A stretch of DNA of 64,000 nt from Candidatus Latescibacterota bacterium (GCA_965222605.1 OZ244960.1:5216001-5280000); one strand, 5' to 3'; shown: positions 46,312 to 58,054, numbered from the stretch's first letter. Translations and numbers: made by a program. Notes: generated by a model from the sequence alone, not told the origin.

Positions 46312-47202
46312 CTATTGTCCTGCTGTGACCAGCGTTAGCGCATCGGGCATAATTTCAAACATCAGTTCTTTTGGGCCATTCTCTACTTCGCCATCAAATT
46401 GAAACCAATCGCTTTTCTCGCGCGCGATATGGACTTTTTGAGCCCGAAATATCTCGACGCCGGGCATTCGGTCAAAAGTGCCATTAAAAAGTCGATAGGT
46501 ATTCAATACCAGGCGAATCCACCCCGGATGCGTAAACACGCACACATCGAGAAGCCCATCATCTGGCATTGCCTGGGGGACAATGGTTGCGCCACCTCCG
46601 TAGTGCGGTATGTTGGCAATGGCAACGAACAAAGGCGTGCGCTCAATTTCACCGTCAGAATCCAATTTCAACCGCAATGTCTGAGGGCGATATGAGAGAA
46701 GCGACAGCGCGGTGAGCACCAGGTAGGGCAAGAATCCGCGGCGCCCCGTCCGATTTGCATACCGATGGGCAATCTCTGCATCTAAGCCAATACCCGCCGA
46801 AGAAAAAAACAGGGCATTGCCCACGCGCCCCACATCGAGTTTTCGAATCTCTGGCTGAATAAAGGCGCGACAGGCTTTTGCCGGATCAAAAGATAAATTT
46901 AACGCACGCGCAAACGCATTGCCCGATCCAGCGGGTACCACTCCCAGGGGCATCTCTGTGCCGAGTAGTGCGCGTCCAACTTCGTTAATGGTGCCATCGC
47001 CACCAATAGCTACCACCAGATCGAACCCCATTTCGGATGCGCCTGTTGCCAATTCTGTAGCGTGCCCCGCATACTGCGTCTCTTCAATAGCAAAATCCAT
47101 TCCCGCTTTTTTACACGCGGCAATCACGCGAGGTCGAATATTGCGTTGCACACCTGCATGCGGATTCGCAATGAAGAGCACGCGGGAAAATTGCACACTC
47201 AT
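46312..47202 (-). CDS. Diacylglycerol kinase family lipid kinase (YegS/DagK-like)
   Basis: NPHAG, GGDGTINE, PAGSGNAFAR, DDGLLD, DGE. Confidence 0.92.
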   Translation of the reverse strand: MSVQFSRVLFIANPHAGVQRNIRPRVIAACKKAGMDFAIEETQYAGHATELATGASEMGFDLVVAIGGDGTINEVGRALLGTEMPLGVVPAGSGNAFARALNLSFDPAKACRAFIQPEIRKLDVGRVGNALFFSSAGIGLDAEIAHRYANRTGRRGFLPYLVLTALSLLSYRPQTLRLKLDSDGEIERTPLFVAIANIPHYGGGATIVPQAMPDDGLLDVCVFTHPGWIRLVLNTYRLFNGTFDRMPGVEIFRAQKVHIAREKSDWFQFDGEVENGPKELMFEIMPDALTLVTAGQ

Positions 47203-47786
47203 GTATGTAAAAAATCGACCAGGGTCTGACCGATATCCCTCAAAATTTTTGGCGAAGGTTGTGATACATCAATTTGTTGTACGATTCCTTTGGGATAATG
47301 CTCCAATACAGCAATTGTTTGACGGTCGTACACGTCGAATCTTTTGCGAATAATTTGTTCATTTGCGTCATCAATGCGGTATGCGACGAGCGCGCGCCCA
47401 AAAAGGCGTTTGACCAGTACATTCCGGTCTGGACAATCCAATACCATGATCAATTTTACATTTAAGTTTTTATCGGCCATTTGAGCCTGGGCCAGTGTAC
47501 GCGGTATTCCATCTAAAATCAATGTCTGTTCGTTGGGCTTAAAATCACCAAAATCAACCAGGCGCTGCATGCGTTCTCGCCACAGTGCAACGACAAATTC
47601 ATCGGGCACCAACTCGCCTTTGCGTATGCTCGCCAGAGCCATTTCCCCTGGCTGGCTATTGACGTCCAGTGCCCTGAGCATATCGCCACTTGAAAAATGG
47701 TATAAACCTGGAATTTGTTTTAACACACTCCCCCATGTGCCCTTGCCAGCACCGGGGGGTCCAAATAACAAGACAGTCTCATACAT
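47199..47786 (-). CDS. Adenylate-kinase-family nucleoside monophosphate kinase (short LID)
   Basis: GPPGAGKGT, SSGDMLR, GELVPD, LDGIPRT. Confidence 0.88.
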   Translation of the reverse strand: MYETVLLFGPPGAGKGTWGSVLKQIPGLYHFSSGDMLRALDVNSQPGEMALASIRKGELVPDEFVVALWRERMQRLVDFGDFKPNEQTLILDGIPRTLAQAQMADKNLNVKLIMVLDCPDRNVLVKRLFGRALVAYRIDDANEQIIRKRFDVYDRQTIAVLEHYPKGIVQQIDVSQPSPKILRDIGQTLVDFLHT

Positions 47787-47949
47787 CGGCACAACTCCCG
47801 CGTTTGTCTTTTTGACATAATGGAAATATGACTGTATAATTAAGCTATCAGCTCCTGCCCTTCCACCCCTACGCACAGTACAACGAAGTAACGGAATATC
47901 GCTGCTTGTTTTGCTGACTACTGATCGCTTCCTTAATCAGGAGAATATC

Positions 47950-48567
47950 ATGGATCTCGATCCCGCTGCTGTATCGCTCAAAAAAAACGGCGATAAAATC
48001 GAAGCTCTTATCCACGGAAAGACCACATCTGTCGATCGCGTGGCCCGCGCGTTTCCCCAAAGCAATCCCGATCAATTTGTCAGCTTGATGGATGAATTGG
48101 GGCACGAAATTGGCATTATTGAGAATCCCAAAATACTCGACACGGCCTCGCGCAATTTGCTCGAAGCCGAACTCAAAGCCATCTATTTTGTCCCGACCAT
48201 CAGCGCCATAACTTCCGTCGTATCCAAAGGCACGGGCAGTCAGTGGACTGTTGACACCGATGATGGCGAATATACTTTCCGCATTTTGGGACGAGACGCA
48301 CTAAAGGGCAATGAACCGCCTGCAATTGAAATTACGGATGAACACGGCAAGCGATACAAAATTGACAATTACTGGGATCTCGATGCCGACAGCCGAGATC
48401 TCACCTCTGACCTTTTGCCCGATAAAGTTGTCAAGGCGCGCTATTACACCCGATCGATCTCGGGTAGTAGAAGAGGCAGAAGCAGAGGTTCGAGCAGTCG
48501 CGGTGGCGGCGGTGGCGGCGGCGGTGGCGGCGGTGGCGGTGGCGGATCGATTATTGGTATTCGGTGA
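47950..48567 (+). CDS. DUF1854-like protein with Arg/Ser/Gly-rich and poly-Gly tail
   Basis: RAFP..P..FVSLMD..G.EIGII; YFVPTI; WTVDTDDG; DEHGKRY; 15 consecutive Gly. Confidence 0.65.
   Translation: MDLDPAAVSLKKNGDKIEALIHGKTTSVDRVARAFPQSNPDQFVSLMDELGHEIGIIENPKILDTASRNLLEAELKAIYFVPTISAITSVVSKGTGSQWTVDTDDGEYTFRILGRDALKGNEPPAIEITDEHGKRYKIDNYWDLDADSRDLTSDLLPDKVVKARYYTRSISGSRRGRSRGSSSRGGGGGGGGGGGGGGGSIIGIR
48502..48546 (+). repeat. (GGN)15 trinucleotide repeat encoding poly-glycine
   Basis: ggtggcggcggtggcggcggcggtggcggcggtggcggtggcgga. Confidence 0.95.
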
Positions 48568-48587
48568 TTCGCCGGGCAAGCGACCGG

Positions 48588-49757
48588 CTATCGCACCCCC
48601 AATAGCAGTTCGGCCAGCAACTGATCCAGACGCTCATAGCCCAATCCAACGCGTCCCATTGCATCGATGTCAAATTGCACTTGTTTGAGTGCCTGCGATT
48701 TTTCCCGGCTGTATTTGCCCAGATGCTGTTCATATTCGGGGTTGTGGTTTCCGATTTCTTGCAAAATCCCCTGAATTTCAGCATCTGATTCAAATTGTGT
48801 CGTTTTTTCTTTTAAGATATTGTACGTACGCATACACCCTGCGGCAAAATCCCATACCCCTTCTTCGTCTTCTGTGCGAAATGCGTGTGCGTCGAAGTGT
48901 CTCGGACCCGCATAACCGTTGTTCTCGAGCAAGCGCACGAGCAAAAAGGCACTTTTGTAATCCTCTGAGCCAAACCGAAAATCCTGATCATAGCGACCAA
49001 AACGCTGGTCGTTTAAGTCAATATGGAAAAGTTTGCCCACCTCGAGTGCTTGCGCCACGCCGTGGTGGAAATTTAATCCCGCCATGTGTTCGTGTGCAAC
49101 TTCCGGGTTGACGCCTACCATCTCGGGGTGATCTAATGTTTCGATAAACGCCAGATAATGCCCGGTTGTGGGAAAGTACATATCGCCACGCGGTTCATTG
49201 GGTTTGGCCTCGAGCGCGAAATTCAAATCGTATTTCTGGTCGCGCACGTAATCACACAAATAGTTTAAGCCATCGCGGTAGCGTTTGAGGGCGTCGATGG
49301 GATCTTTCGCCACATTGCATTCGGCGCCTTCGCGTCCGCCCCAAAATACATAGGTTTTTGCACCCAATTCGACGCCTAAATCAATGGCGTGCATAATTTT
49401 TTGCAAGCCATAAGCGCGAATTTTGGGATCGTTGGACGTAAAGCCCCCATCCTTAAATACGGGATGAGAAAATGTATTGGTGGTTGCCATGGGCACGACC
49501 ATGCCGCAATTTTTTAGTGCATTTTTGAAATCGCTCACAATTTTATCGCGCTGCTGCGGTGTGGCATCAATTGGTACGAGGTCGTTGTCGTGCAGGTTAA
49601 TGCCCCACGCGCCCAGTTCGCTCAAGCGTTGCACAATCCGTTCGGGCGCAAGTTGTCGCCGCGTTGGGTCGCCAAAGGGGTCGCGGCCGGGATTTCCCAC
49701 TGTCCACAAACCAAATGAAAATTTATCTTCTTTTTTTGGCGTATATGCATCGGCCAT
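48588..49757 (-). CDS. xylA: Xylose isomerase (class I, actinobacterial/Thermus type)
   Basis: [52 protein letters not shown]. Confidence 0.95.
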   Translation of the reverse strand: MADAYTPKKEDKFSFGLWTVGNPGRDPFGDPTRRQLAPERIVQRLSELGAWGINLHDNDLVPIDATPQQRDKIVSDFKNALKNCGMVVPMATTNTFSHPVFKDGGFTSNDPKIRAYGLQKIMHAIDLGVELGAKTYVFWGGREGAECNVAKDPIDALKRYRDGLNYLCDYVRDQKYDLNFALEAKPNEPRGDMYFPTTGHYLAFIETLDHPEMVGVNPEVAHEHMAGLNFHHGVAQALEVGKLFHIDLNDQRFGRYDQDFRFGSEDYKSAFLLVRLLENNGYAGPRHFDAHAFRTEDEEGVWDFAAGCMRTYNILKEKTTQFESDAEIQGILQEIGNHNPEYEQHLGKYSREKSQALKQVQFDIDAMGRVGLGYERLDQLLAELLLGVR

Positions 49758-49894
49758 TGGACCTCCTCAAATGCATTGAGAGTGATAAGGTTATATAGCC
49801 CGTTGTGGGCGAGGCTGTAAATACTCAATGTGCAAAATATCATGGCGTAGTCTGGCTGTCAATGGACAATTCCACAACTCATCGGGAGCACAAA

Positions 49895-51130
49895 ATGATT
49901 ATCCGCGATCCCGTTCACGGCGATATGTCCTTTAATGAATTCGAACGCCGGGTTATGGACACGCGACAAATGCAACGTCTGCGCGGTGTGCGACAAACAG
50001 GATCGGCATATCTGGTTTATCCCGGTTGCGTACACACGCGATTTGAACACTCGCTGGGAACAACGGCTATGTCGCGTCGCGTGCTCGATGTCTTGAGACG
50101 TGGCGGTGCGCAAATCAAACCCGAGCAGGCCGATGCAGTCGCACTGGCCGCGCTGGTTCACGACATCTCCCACTTGCCCTTTGGGCATACGTTTGAAGAT
50201 GAACGCAAGCTTTTTCCACGCCATGACACAGCCGCTCGCATGAAACACTTCTTATCGCAAACAGAAATCGCGCAAGCACTCGATGCTTCGGGCCTGCGCG
50301 ATACGGTGGTTTCTCTGCTTACGGACAAATCGTTTTCACCGGCATGGATGCAGCAGATTGTGTCCAGCACCATCGATGCCGACTTACTCGATTATTTGCG
50401 TCGCGATGCGTATTTTGCAGGCCTGCGCCAGGATTATGACGACCGAATTTTTAGCACCTTTATGCTTGCCAATGAAAGTCTTGCAATTGATTTGACCCGT
50501 CTCAGCACGCGCACCGAGTTGCTGCACTTGTTGCGGTTGCGCTATTTTCTCACCGAGCGAGTTTATTATCACCACGCCAAAGTGGTATCGGGTGCTATGA
50601 TTGCCAAAGCCGTCGAAATCGCCACCGAACACGGTCTTGCTGAAACCGATCTCTACACCCTGACGGACGACGCTCTGTTTCACCTCTTGCTCTGCTATAA
50701 AGATCCGCGCATTGGCCGCCTGATCAACGGCGTTTGCGAACGGCGTTTGCTCAAACGAGCCTATATGATTTCGACTGCCGAAGTGGGGCGCAGAGGACGC
50801 GATGAATTGATCGCCACCTACAATCGATCTGTCGAGAATAGACAGCAAGTTGAGCGACAAATTGCCGATGCTGTAACCATCAATCCCGATCAAATTATTC
50901 TCTATTGCTCAGATATCTCGGCCATCAAAGAAGCGCGTGTGCGCGTTGTCACGCGCAATGGCTTGAGCCGCCTGAACGATCCCCCCGACAATCCGCCTTT
51001 TGATGTAAAGGTCGTGGAAGACCAGTATGAACGGCTCTGGAAATTCTACATTTTTGCACCCGAAGGTTATAGAGAACGCGTTGGGCAGGTGTGCGAGCGC
51101 GTATTTGGCGAACCAAACGCGCTACTATAA
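49895..51130 (+). CDS. HD-domain phosphohydrolase (SAMHD1/YdhJ-like dNTPase family)
   Basis: IRDPVHG, QRLR..RQ, HTRFEHSLG, LVHDISHLPFGH, IDADLLDYLRRD, VYYH. Confidence 0.9.
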   Translation: MIIRDPVHGDMSFNEFERRVMDTRQMQRLRGVRQTGSAYLVYPGCVHTRFEHSLGTTAMSRRVLDVLRRGGAQIKPEQADAVALAALVHDISHLPFGHTFEDERKLFPRHDTAARMKHFLSQTEIAQALDASGLRDTVVSLLTDKSFSPAWMQQIVSSTIDADLLDYLRRDAYFAGLRQDYDDRIFSTFMLANESLAIDLTRLSTRTELLHLLRLRYFLTERVYYHHAKVVSGAMIAKAVEIATEHGLAETDLYTLTDDALFHLLLCYKDPRIGRLINGVCERRLLKRAYMISTAEVGRRGRDELIATYNRSVENRQQVERQIADAVTINPDQIILYCSDISAIKEARVRVVTRNGLSRLNDPPDNPPFDVKVVEDQYERLWKFYIFAPEGYRERVGQVCERVFGEPNALL

Positions 51131-51136
51131 CGATCT

Positions 51137-51646
51137 TTATTGAGACCGCTGTGACCGGTGTTTGACGCGATCAAATAACGGCATATCTGCCCGTCCAGTG
51201 CGTTCCATCTTCCTGTGGCATGAAGGGCATAGGCTGATCAGATTGCTCAGTTTATTTGCCTCTTTTGGCGAGTCGAAAAGCCGGTACGGTATTTTGTGGT
51301 GCACATCCATTTGTCGTCCGAGAGCGTCTTCTGTAATCCCGCAAGACGCGCAACAAAATCCATCGCGCGCGTGCGCCTTGTCCGCCTGAATTTTCCAATT
51401 TCCCCCGCGATACTCTGGGCGGCCTTCCAGCACGAGTTCAAAATCCTCATCAGATTCCCAATGGGTTCTGCATTTGTTGCTGCAAAATAGGGAGCGCATG
51501 CCCTTTTCAACATACCAGCGCGGCTGAGAAAATCGCTTGTCGCATAGCATACATCTCACGGTGATATTGTCTTCGCGCCGAATTTTTTTTTCTTCGCCAA
51601 ACGACAGGCGCATTTGCGGCGATGATAAATGATTTTTTTTGTTCAT
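51137..51646 (-). CDS. HNH endonuclease with N-terminal zinc-finger
   Basis: CMLC..FCSNKC; RDGFCCASC..VHHKIP..NLISLCPSCH. Confidence 0.85.
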   Translation of the reverse strand: MNKKNHLSSPQMRLSFGEEKKIRREDNITVRCMLCDKRFSQPRWYVEKGMRSLFCSNKCRTHWESDEDFELVLEGRPEYRGGNWKIQADKAHARDGFCCASCGITEDALGRQMDVHHKIPYRLFDSPKEANKLSNLISLCPSCHRKMERTGRADMPLFDRVKHRSQRSQ

Positions 51647-51797
51647 CGTTTTAAAACCTCACACATTAATAGCGCACTCGATTGGTCCAAATATAGGTTG
51701 GAATAAACTGCAAGTCCATAGAATGTTGCGTAAAGATTGGATATTGTGTCTGAATTTATTATAATAATTCGCACTTACACCTGAACAGGAGAACCCC

Positions 51798-54179
51798 GTG
51801 TTTAAGAATTATATCACAATCGCGATCCGCAATTTTTTGGGGCAAAAAACCCATTCCATCATTAATATTGCGGGCCTTTCTGTGGGCCTGACCTGTAGTT
51901 TTTTAATTTTTATGTGGATCGCCCACGAACTCAGCTACAATCAATTCCATGTGGAAGGCGACCGAATCTATCGTCTCATGCGGAATCATCACGGCATGAA
52001 TAAAATCTCGACTTTGTCTTCCATACCCCAGCCGAGTGCCAAATTGCTGGAAGAGCGATATCCAGAAGTTACCGAAACTGTGCTTGTGACCTGGACTCAG
52101 CCCATGCTTTTGACACAGGGGAAACAGACTTTTCGGGAGCGCGGATATCACGCTGGACCGGCCTTTTTTGAGATTTTCACCTTTCCCCTCATCCTGGGCG
52201 ATCCCGAAACCGCGCTTTCGGAACCGAATAACATCGCCATCTCAGAGCGACTGGCCGAGAAGTATTTCGGGGAGGATTGGAGAAGTACTGCGATGGGGCA
52301 GATCTTTGTGGTGAATAGTACGCACGCGTTGATGCAATACGATAACAAAAGTTTTAAGGTGACCGGGGTTTATGAAAACATGCCCGTAAATTCGACGCAG
52401 AGATATGACTGTATTTTGCCAATGGCATCTTATTTGGCCAATAAACGCAGTTTTTCTCAGTGGACGACAAATCATCTCCGGCTGTACGTTCAGTTGCAAA
52501 AGGATGTCAATATCGATCAATTCAATGCCAAGATAAAAAATATTATTAAAGAGAATGATAAGACGGTTACAAGCGATGCTTTTTTACAACCCTATCTGGA
52601 TATGCATCTTTATTCCGACTACAGGAATGGCAAACTGGTTGGTGGTCGGATTGACTATGTGCGGATGTTTATTGTCGTGGCGGTGTTTATCATCCTGATT
52701 GCGAGTATTAACTTTATGAATTTATCGACTGCGCGTTCTACGCAGCGCGCCCGGGAAATTGGGATTCGCAAGGCTGTTGGGGCGCATAAAACCATTCTGA
52801 TTGGACAGTTTATGGGAGAATCGCTCATGATGACCATGTTCGCTGCAATTCTGGCGCTGATCATGGTCATTTTGGCTTTGCCGTCGTTTAGCGATTTGAT
52901 TAATCAGACGCTCACGATCGATCTTTTCAGTATCGAGATTCTTCTGATTTTTTTTGGCATTGCGATTGTAACCGGGTTGCTCGCGGGAAGCTATCCCGCT
53001 TTTTATCTTTCCAATTTTGATCCTGTCATTGTTTTGCGCGGTACTTTTACACCGGGGTCGGGTTCAAGTCAGTTGCGCCGGGTGCTGGTGGTGTTCCAAT
53101 TTGGTCTTTCTATTTTGCTCATTATCGGCACGCTGACGGTTTATGAACAGATTGCGTATATGCGAAATAAAGATCTGGGGATTGACCGCGATAATCTGGT
53201 GTATATAAGGTTGGAAGGGGCAGCTAAGAGGCAGTATGAGGCTTTCAGACACGAACTTTTGCGACAGCCAGGCATTGTCGGTGTGACCAGTACCGGACAC
53301 AATCCACTCAGGGTAACGAGTACCGGAACAAATGCTATGTGGGAGGGTAGAGACCCCAATTCAGAACATATTTTTCACAGGTTACAGGCCAACTACGATG
53401 TGGTCAATACCCTGCACATGGAGCTTGTTCACGGGCGCGAATTTTCCAGAGATTTTCCCGGCGATCTCAGAAGTTTTATCGTGAATGAAGAAATGGCTCA
53501 GGTTATGGGCATGGAAAACCCGGTTGGCACCCGTCTGCGGTTTAATCGCGAAGGTCCGATTATTGGCGTGGTTAAAAATTTCCATTTTCAATCACTGTAC
53601 ACCGCCATCGAACCGCTGATTATTCTTCTGAGTCCCGCCCGTACCGAGTTTTTATTTGTGCGTATAGCCGCGGGACAAACGGCTGAGGCTATTGCGGGTA
53701 TTGAAAGGGCATTTAAGAAATTCAATGCCAACCGTCCTTTTGAATTTTCTTTTCAGGACGAACAGTTTGAAAGCATGTATCGCAACGAAAGCACGATGGG
53801 CACTCTGACAACTTTTTTTGCAATTTTCGCCATTTTTATTTCTTGCCTGGGGCTGTTTGGCCTGGCATCTTATACCGCCGAACAACGCACCAAGGAAATC
53901 GGTATTAGAAAAGTTCTCGGCGCATCTATCCCCAATCTCGTCATTCTGCTCTCCAAAGAGTTCATCAGACTGGTCGTCGTCGCCTTTGCACTGGCCGCGC
54001 CGCTGGCTTATCACTATATGAACGAATGGTTAAATGATTTTGCCTACCACACATATCTGGGGTGGCGCGTCTTTGTTTTTGCCGGCGTTCTCTCTTTGAT
54101 TATCGCTTGCCTCACCGTGAGCTATCAAGCGGTCAAAGTCGCCATGGCCAATCCCGTTGAATCGCTGCGGTACGAATGA
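51798..54179 (+). CDS. ABC transporter permease (MacB/FtsX duplicated type)
   Basis: FKNYITIAIRN, INFMNL..R.REIGIRKAVGA, LVVFQF, RTKEIGIRKVLGA, NPVESLRYE. Confidence 0.93.
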   Translation: MFKNYITIAIRNFLGQKTHSIINIAGLSVGLTCSFLIFMWIAHELSYNQFHVEGDRIYRLMRNHHGMNKISTLSSIPQPSAKLLEERYPEVTETVLVTWTQPMLLTQGKQTFRERGYHAGPAFFEIFTFPLILGDPETALSEPNNIAISERLAEKYFGEDWRSTAMGQIFVVNSTHALMQYDNKSFKVTGVYENMPVNSTQRYDCILPMASYLANKRSFSQWTTNHLRLYVQLQKDVNIDQFNAKIKNIIKENDKTVTSDAFLQPYLDMHLYSDYRNGKLVGGRIDYVRMFIVVAVFIILIASINFMNLSTARSTQRAREIGIRKAVGAHKTILIGQFMGESLMMTMFAAILALIMVILALPSFSDLINQTLTIDLFSIEILLIFFGIAIVTGLLAGSYPAFYLSNFDPVIVLRGTFTPGSGSSQLRRVLVVFQFGLSILLIIGTLTVYEQIAYMRNKDLGIDRDNLVYIRLEGAAKRQYEAFRHELLRQPGIVGVTSTGHNPLRVTSTGTNAMWEGRDPNSEHIFHRLQANYDVVNTLHMELVHGREFSRDFPGDLRSFIVNEEMAQVMGMENPVGTRLRFNREGPIIGVVKNFHFQSLYTAIEPLIILLSPARTEFLFVRIAAGQTAEAIAGIERAFKKFNANRPFEFSFQDEQFESMYRNESTMGTLTTFFAIFAIFISCLGLFGLASYTAEQRTKEIGIRKVLGASIPNLVILLSKEFIRLVVVAFALAAPLAYHYMNEWLNDFAYHTYLGWRVFVFAGVLSLIIACLTVSYQAVKVAMANPVESLRYE

Positions 54180-54207
54180 GACTTAATTTTTATAATGAGG
54201 ATAAACA

Positions 54208-54984
54208 ATGGAATCTCTGACACTGCTTTCGGGCGATACAATGCCTGTTGTTGGCCTCGGTACCTGGCCGATGAGAGGCAATCAATGCAAACAGGTCATA
54301 AAACAGGCACTTGAACTGGGCTATACGCATTTCGATACCGCCTGGATCTACCAGAACCAGCGCGAAATCGGCGAAGCCCTGCGGGAGGCAGGTACTGACC
54401 GTTCGCAACTTTTTATTACCTCCAAAGTTGGTAGAGATTATCTGCAATATGACATTGCGCTAAAACAAGCTGACGATATTCTCGAATATCTCCAGATGGA
54501 CTATGTGGATCTGTTGCTCGTCCACTGGCCCAACGAAACTGTGCAGATGGAGGGAACTATTCGCGCTTTCAACGAGGTTTTCGACGCGGGCAAAGCGAGA
54601 AGTATTGGGGTTAGCAACTTTTCGGTCGAACAAATGGAACGCGCCCGGTCCCTTTCTGCAGCGCCTATCAGCGTCAATCAGATCAAATACCATCCGGGCT
54701 ACGAACAGCGAGATGTTCTGCAATGGTGCCTGGAAAACGATGTCGTGGTGACTGCGTATTCCCCTCTGGGAAAAAAAGATATTCTTCGGGATCCCGTCTT
54801 GCTGAATATCGCCCGCACCCACGGCAAGACCTCTGCACACGTCGCCCTCAAGTGGCTGGTGCAAAAAGGCATGATCGTTATTCCCAAAGCGAGTTCCAGA
54901 GAACATCTCCAGGCGAATCTCGATGTTTTTGACTGGTCCTTATCTGAAAGCGAGATGCAGTCCATCGACCTCATAGCGGGGTAA
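54208..54984 (+). CDS. Aldo/keto reductase
   Basis: MPVVGLGTW, FDTAWIY, FITSK, LLLVHWP, IGVSNF, AYSPL, IPKAS. Confidence 0.93.
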   Translation: MESLTLLSGDTMPVVGLGTWPMRGNQCKQVIKQALELGYTHFDTAWIYQNQREIGEALREAGTDRSQLFITSKVGRDYLQYDIALKQADDILEYLQMDYVDLLLVHWPNETVQMEGTIRAFNEVFDAGKARSIGVSNFSVEQMERARSLSAAPISVNQIKYHPGYEQRDVLQWCLENDVVVTAYSPLGKKDILRDPVLLNIARTHGKTSAHVALKWLVQKGMIVIPKASSREHLQANLDVFDWSLSESEMQSIDLIAG

Positions 54985-55004
54985 ACTTACAACTGTGAGG
55001 CATT

Positions 55005-56639
55005 ATGAATGAGAAAAACAGGCCCAATGTCGTTCTTATCATTACGGACGATCAGGGGTACGGAACTGTGGAGGTACACGGGAATGACCAGGTCAGGACG
55101 CCATATATGGATCGTTTGGCCAATGAAGGGGTAGCGTTTGACCGATTCTACGGGAATCCGCTTTGTTCGCCTTCTCGAGCCGCATTGATGACCGGGCGGT
55201 ATTTCTATCGAACCGGAATTCTACACACGTCTCGAGGGGGTGCATTAATGTCGGGCGATGAGGTCACTGCCGCCGAGCTGTTTCGAGATGCCGGGTACCG
55301 CACTGGGATTTTTGGGAAGTGGCATCTCGGTGACAATTACCCAATGAGGCCAATGGACCAGGGATTTGAGAAAGCCGTGTGGCACAAAGGAGGAGGGATC
55401 GGGCAACCCCCCGTAAGGCCAAACAGCTACTTTAACTCACTTCTGTGGCGAGAAGGGGAAGAATTCCAGGCGAAAGGGTACTGCACGGATGTCTTCTTTG
55501 ACGAGGCCCTCGCGTTCATCGAGGAACATCAAAGCGAGCCTTTTTTTATCTACATTCCGACGAACGCGCCGCACAATCCTCTCGAGATCAGTGACGAATA
55601 TGCGGATCCCTATCGCGAGATGGGTCTGGATGACAGCGTCGCACGAATCTATGGGATGGTCGAGAATATCGATGATAATATTGGGCGACTCATGGAACTA
55701 CTGGAACGTCTCGGTCTGGATGAAAATACAATAATCATCTTTACGTCCGACCACGGTCCCGCGGGCGGCAGGTACAATGCCGGACTCAGGTCCGAAAAAG
55801 GAGACGTGTACGAAGGCGGGATTCGAGTTCCATATTTCACAAGGTGGCCGAAAGGGATGCCGGCTGGTTTCAAAACCGACAAGATTGCCTCACACATCGA
55901 TGTTCTGCCCACTTTGTTGTCGCTTTGTAACATGGATTCCCCCTCTGACCTCAGGATGGATGGCGTGGATCTGACTCCCCTGATTCGAGGTCATGAAGTG
56001 GAATGGCACAATCGCACACTTTTCATTCAGACACACCGAGGGAGCCGCCCGCGACAGTACCACAACTGTGCGGCGATCACCCAACGCTACAAGTGGTTAG
56101 GTTATCCCAGTACCTGTGGACAATGGGATTTTGAGACTTCTTCGACAGACCCTGTGATGGAGCTGTACGATCTTGAAGACGACCCTGGCGAAGAGAAAGA
56201 GCTAAGTGGCCAGATGCCCGATCTTGTAGAGCAGATGAAGAAAGACTACGACGCCTGGTTCGACGATGTGGCTTCGGATTGGCAGGCGGGGGTCATTCAC
56301 ATTGGGAATTCGGCCGAGAATCCTCTCACACTGTGTCGCTATCAGGATTCAGAATACATATCCGAACTACCACACGGCTGGCGTGTGAAGATCGAACAGA
56401 GCGGAACCTATGAGCTTCGAATCAACCGTGAGTCGCTAAATGGCGCGGGTGCCCTCGGGGTTCAGTGGCAGGGGAATACTCAGAGAAGCCCACTGGCTGC
56501 GGGAGAGAATACAGGACGATTCGAGCTTGAAGCGGGGGACGGCAAACTGGAGATTTGGTTCGAGCTCGAAGACATAGGTCGCGTGACGTTTTCAAGCAAT
56601 TTGACGATTGGGGATGTGGAGGTGGATTACCTGGGGTAG
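55005..56639 (+). CDS. Arylsulfatase (S1, Cys-type)
   Basis: [40 protein letters not shown]. Confidence 0.95.
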   Translation: MNEKNRPNVVLIITDDQGYGTVEVHGNDQVRTPYMDRLANEGVAFDRFYGNPLCSPSRAALMTGRYFYRTGILHTSRGGALMSGDEVTAAELFRDAGYRTGIFGKWHLGDNYPMRPMDQGFEKAVWHKGGGIGQPPVRPNSYFNSLLWREGEEFQAKGYCTDVFFDEALAFIEEHQSEPFFIYIPTNAPHNPLEISDEYADPYREMGLDDSVARIYGMVENIDDNIGRLMELLERLGLDENTIIIFTSDHGPAGGRYNAGLRSEKGDVYEGGIRVPYFTRWPKGMPAGFKTDKIASHIDVLPTLLSLCNMDSPSDLRMDGVDLTPLIRGHEVEWHNRTLFIQTHRGSRPRQYHNCAAITQRYKWLGYPSTCGQWDFETSSTDPVMELYDLEDDPGEEKELSGQMPDLVEQMKKDYDAWFDDVASDWQAGVIHIGNSAENPLTLCRYQDSEYISELPHGWRVKIEQSGTYELRINRESLNGAGALGVQWQGNTQRSPLAAGENTGRFELEAGDGKLEIWFELEDIGRVTFSSNLTIGDVEVDYLG

Positions 56640-56652
56640 GGACGGTAGAAAT

Positions 56653-57777
56653 ATGAGCGAAATCGTTAAGATAAGAACGCGGCTGTTTGAAGTGCCATTG
56701 GCGGAGGTGCTTGTCGATGCCAAGCATGGCGACCATAGTCACTTTGAATTGATTACCGTTACGATAGCACTTAAGGATGGGTACGAGGGAACTGGGTACA
56801 CTTATACCGGTGGTCGCGGTGGCAGGTCGATTAAAGCCATGATTGACGCGGATCTGGCTCCCAGGTTGATTGGCAGGGATGGCACGGATGTGGAAGAGAT
56901 CAACGAGTGGTGCGAATGGTATATCCATTACGTCGGTCGCGGCGGGGTCTCGTCATTTGCGATATCGGCGATCGACATCGCACTTTGGGATATCCGCTGC
57001 AAACGCAAAGACCTGCCCCTGTGGAAAGTCTCGGGTGGCGCGCGTGCGAGTTGCAAGGCCTATGGCGGAGGCATTGATCTGAATTTTCCACTCCCGAAAC
57101 TTCTCGATAACATCCGTCGCTATCTCGACAAGGGCTTCAACGGGGTCAAGATCAAGGTTGGGCAACCCACCCTTGATGAAGATGTAGATCGGGTCCAGGC
57201 GGTTCGAAAGCTTATCGGTCCCGATATTGCTTTCATGGTCGATGCGAACTACTCGATGAGCGTCGAGTACGCTATTGAGGCAGCTAACCGATTTAAGGCG
57301 TTCGATATCCTGTGGTTTGAGGAGCCTACGCTTCCAGACGACTATCTGGGTTATGCTGTGATTGCCGATGCTACGGGAGTGCCTCTATCAATGGGCGAGA
57401 ACCTTCATACGATACATGAATTTGGCTACGCCTTTGAACAGGCTAAGCTCTCATATATTTTGCCTGATGCTTCCAATTGTATGGGGATTACCGGCTGGCT
57501 GAAGGTTGCCGAATTGTCGCGTAAGTATGAAGTCCCAATATGCTCTCACGGCATGCAGGAGTTGCACGTCAGCCTGGTTTCGGCGCAACCCAATGCAGGT
57601 TGGATGGAATACCATAGCTTTCCAATTGACGAGTACACGAAGCGTCCTTTGAAGATCGAAAACCACCGGGCGATTGCGCCTGATGATCCGGGAATCGGCG
57701 TAGAATTCGACTGGTCCAAACTCGAATCTTATTGCGTCTCCGATTTGGCATTTGGCGAATGTCTTTCTTGCCGTTGA
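56653..57777 (+). CDS. Mandelate racemase/muconate lactonizing enzyme family protein
   Basis: [30 protein letters not shown]; last residues may derive from a deletion junction. Confidence 0.92.
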   Translation: MSEIVKIRTRLFEVPLAEVLVDAKHGDHSHFELITVTIALKDGYEGTGYTYTGGRGGRSIKAMIDADLAPRLIGRDGTDVEEINEWCEWYIHYVGRGGVSSFAISAIDIALWDIRCKRKDLPLWKVSGGARASCKAYGGGIDLNFPLPKLLDNIRRYLDKGFNGVKIKVGQPTLDEDVDRVQAVRKLIGPDIAFMVDANYSMSVEYAIEAANRFKAFDILWFEEPTLPDDYLGYAVIADATGVPLSMGENLHTIHEFGYAFEQAKLSYILPDASNCMGITGWLKVAELSRKYEVPICSHGMQELHVSLVSAQPNAGWMEYHSFPIDEYTKRPLKIENHRAIAPDDPGIGVEFDWSKLESYCVSDLAFGECLSCR

Positions 57778-57922
57778 TCATCGCTCCGAAGGCCACAATG
57801 AGATGCCTCTTCTTGTGCCCCTGAATAATGACCGGTTGCCACACTCGCCAGGACTGCGGATGCTGCTCAACTCGGCGAACTACGCGAAGGTCCGTAATAT
57901 CCCCTTGATAATTCCGCATCAT
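57759..57922 (-). pseudogene. 5' fragment of a truncated gene
   Basis: Strong AGAGGAG RBS, then [31 protein letters not shown], which runs into antisense of the enolase-family gene. Confidence 0.45.
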
Positions 57923-58054
57923 TCATCTCCTCTATTTGTGTTCAAATTCTGGTTGCCTGGGCGCGAAAGATCTGCATAATTGTCGGTCCCTCCAAGTTGA
58001 AAATCACCGCGTCGCTGGGCCGACCCGGACTTCCCTCCTGAAGGCGTCCCCTCC

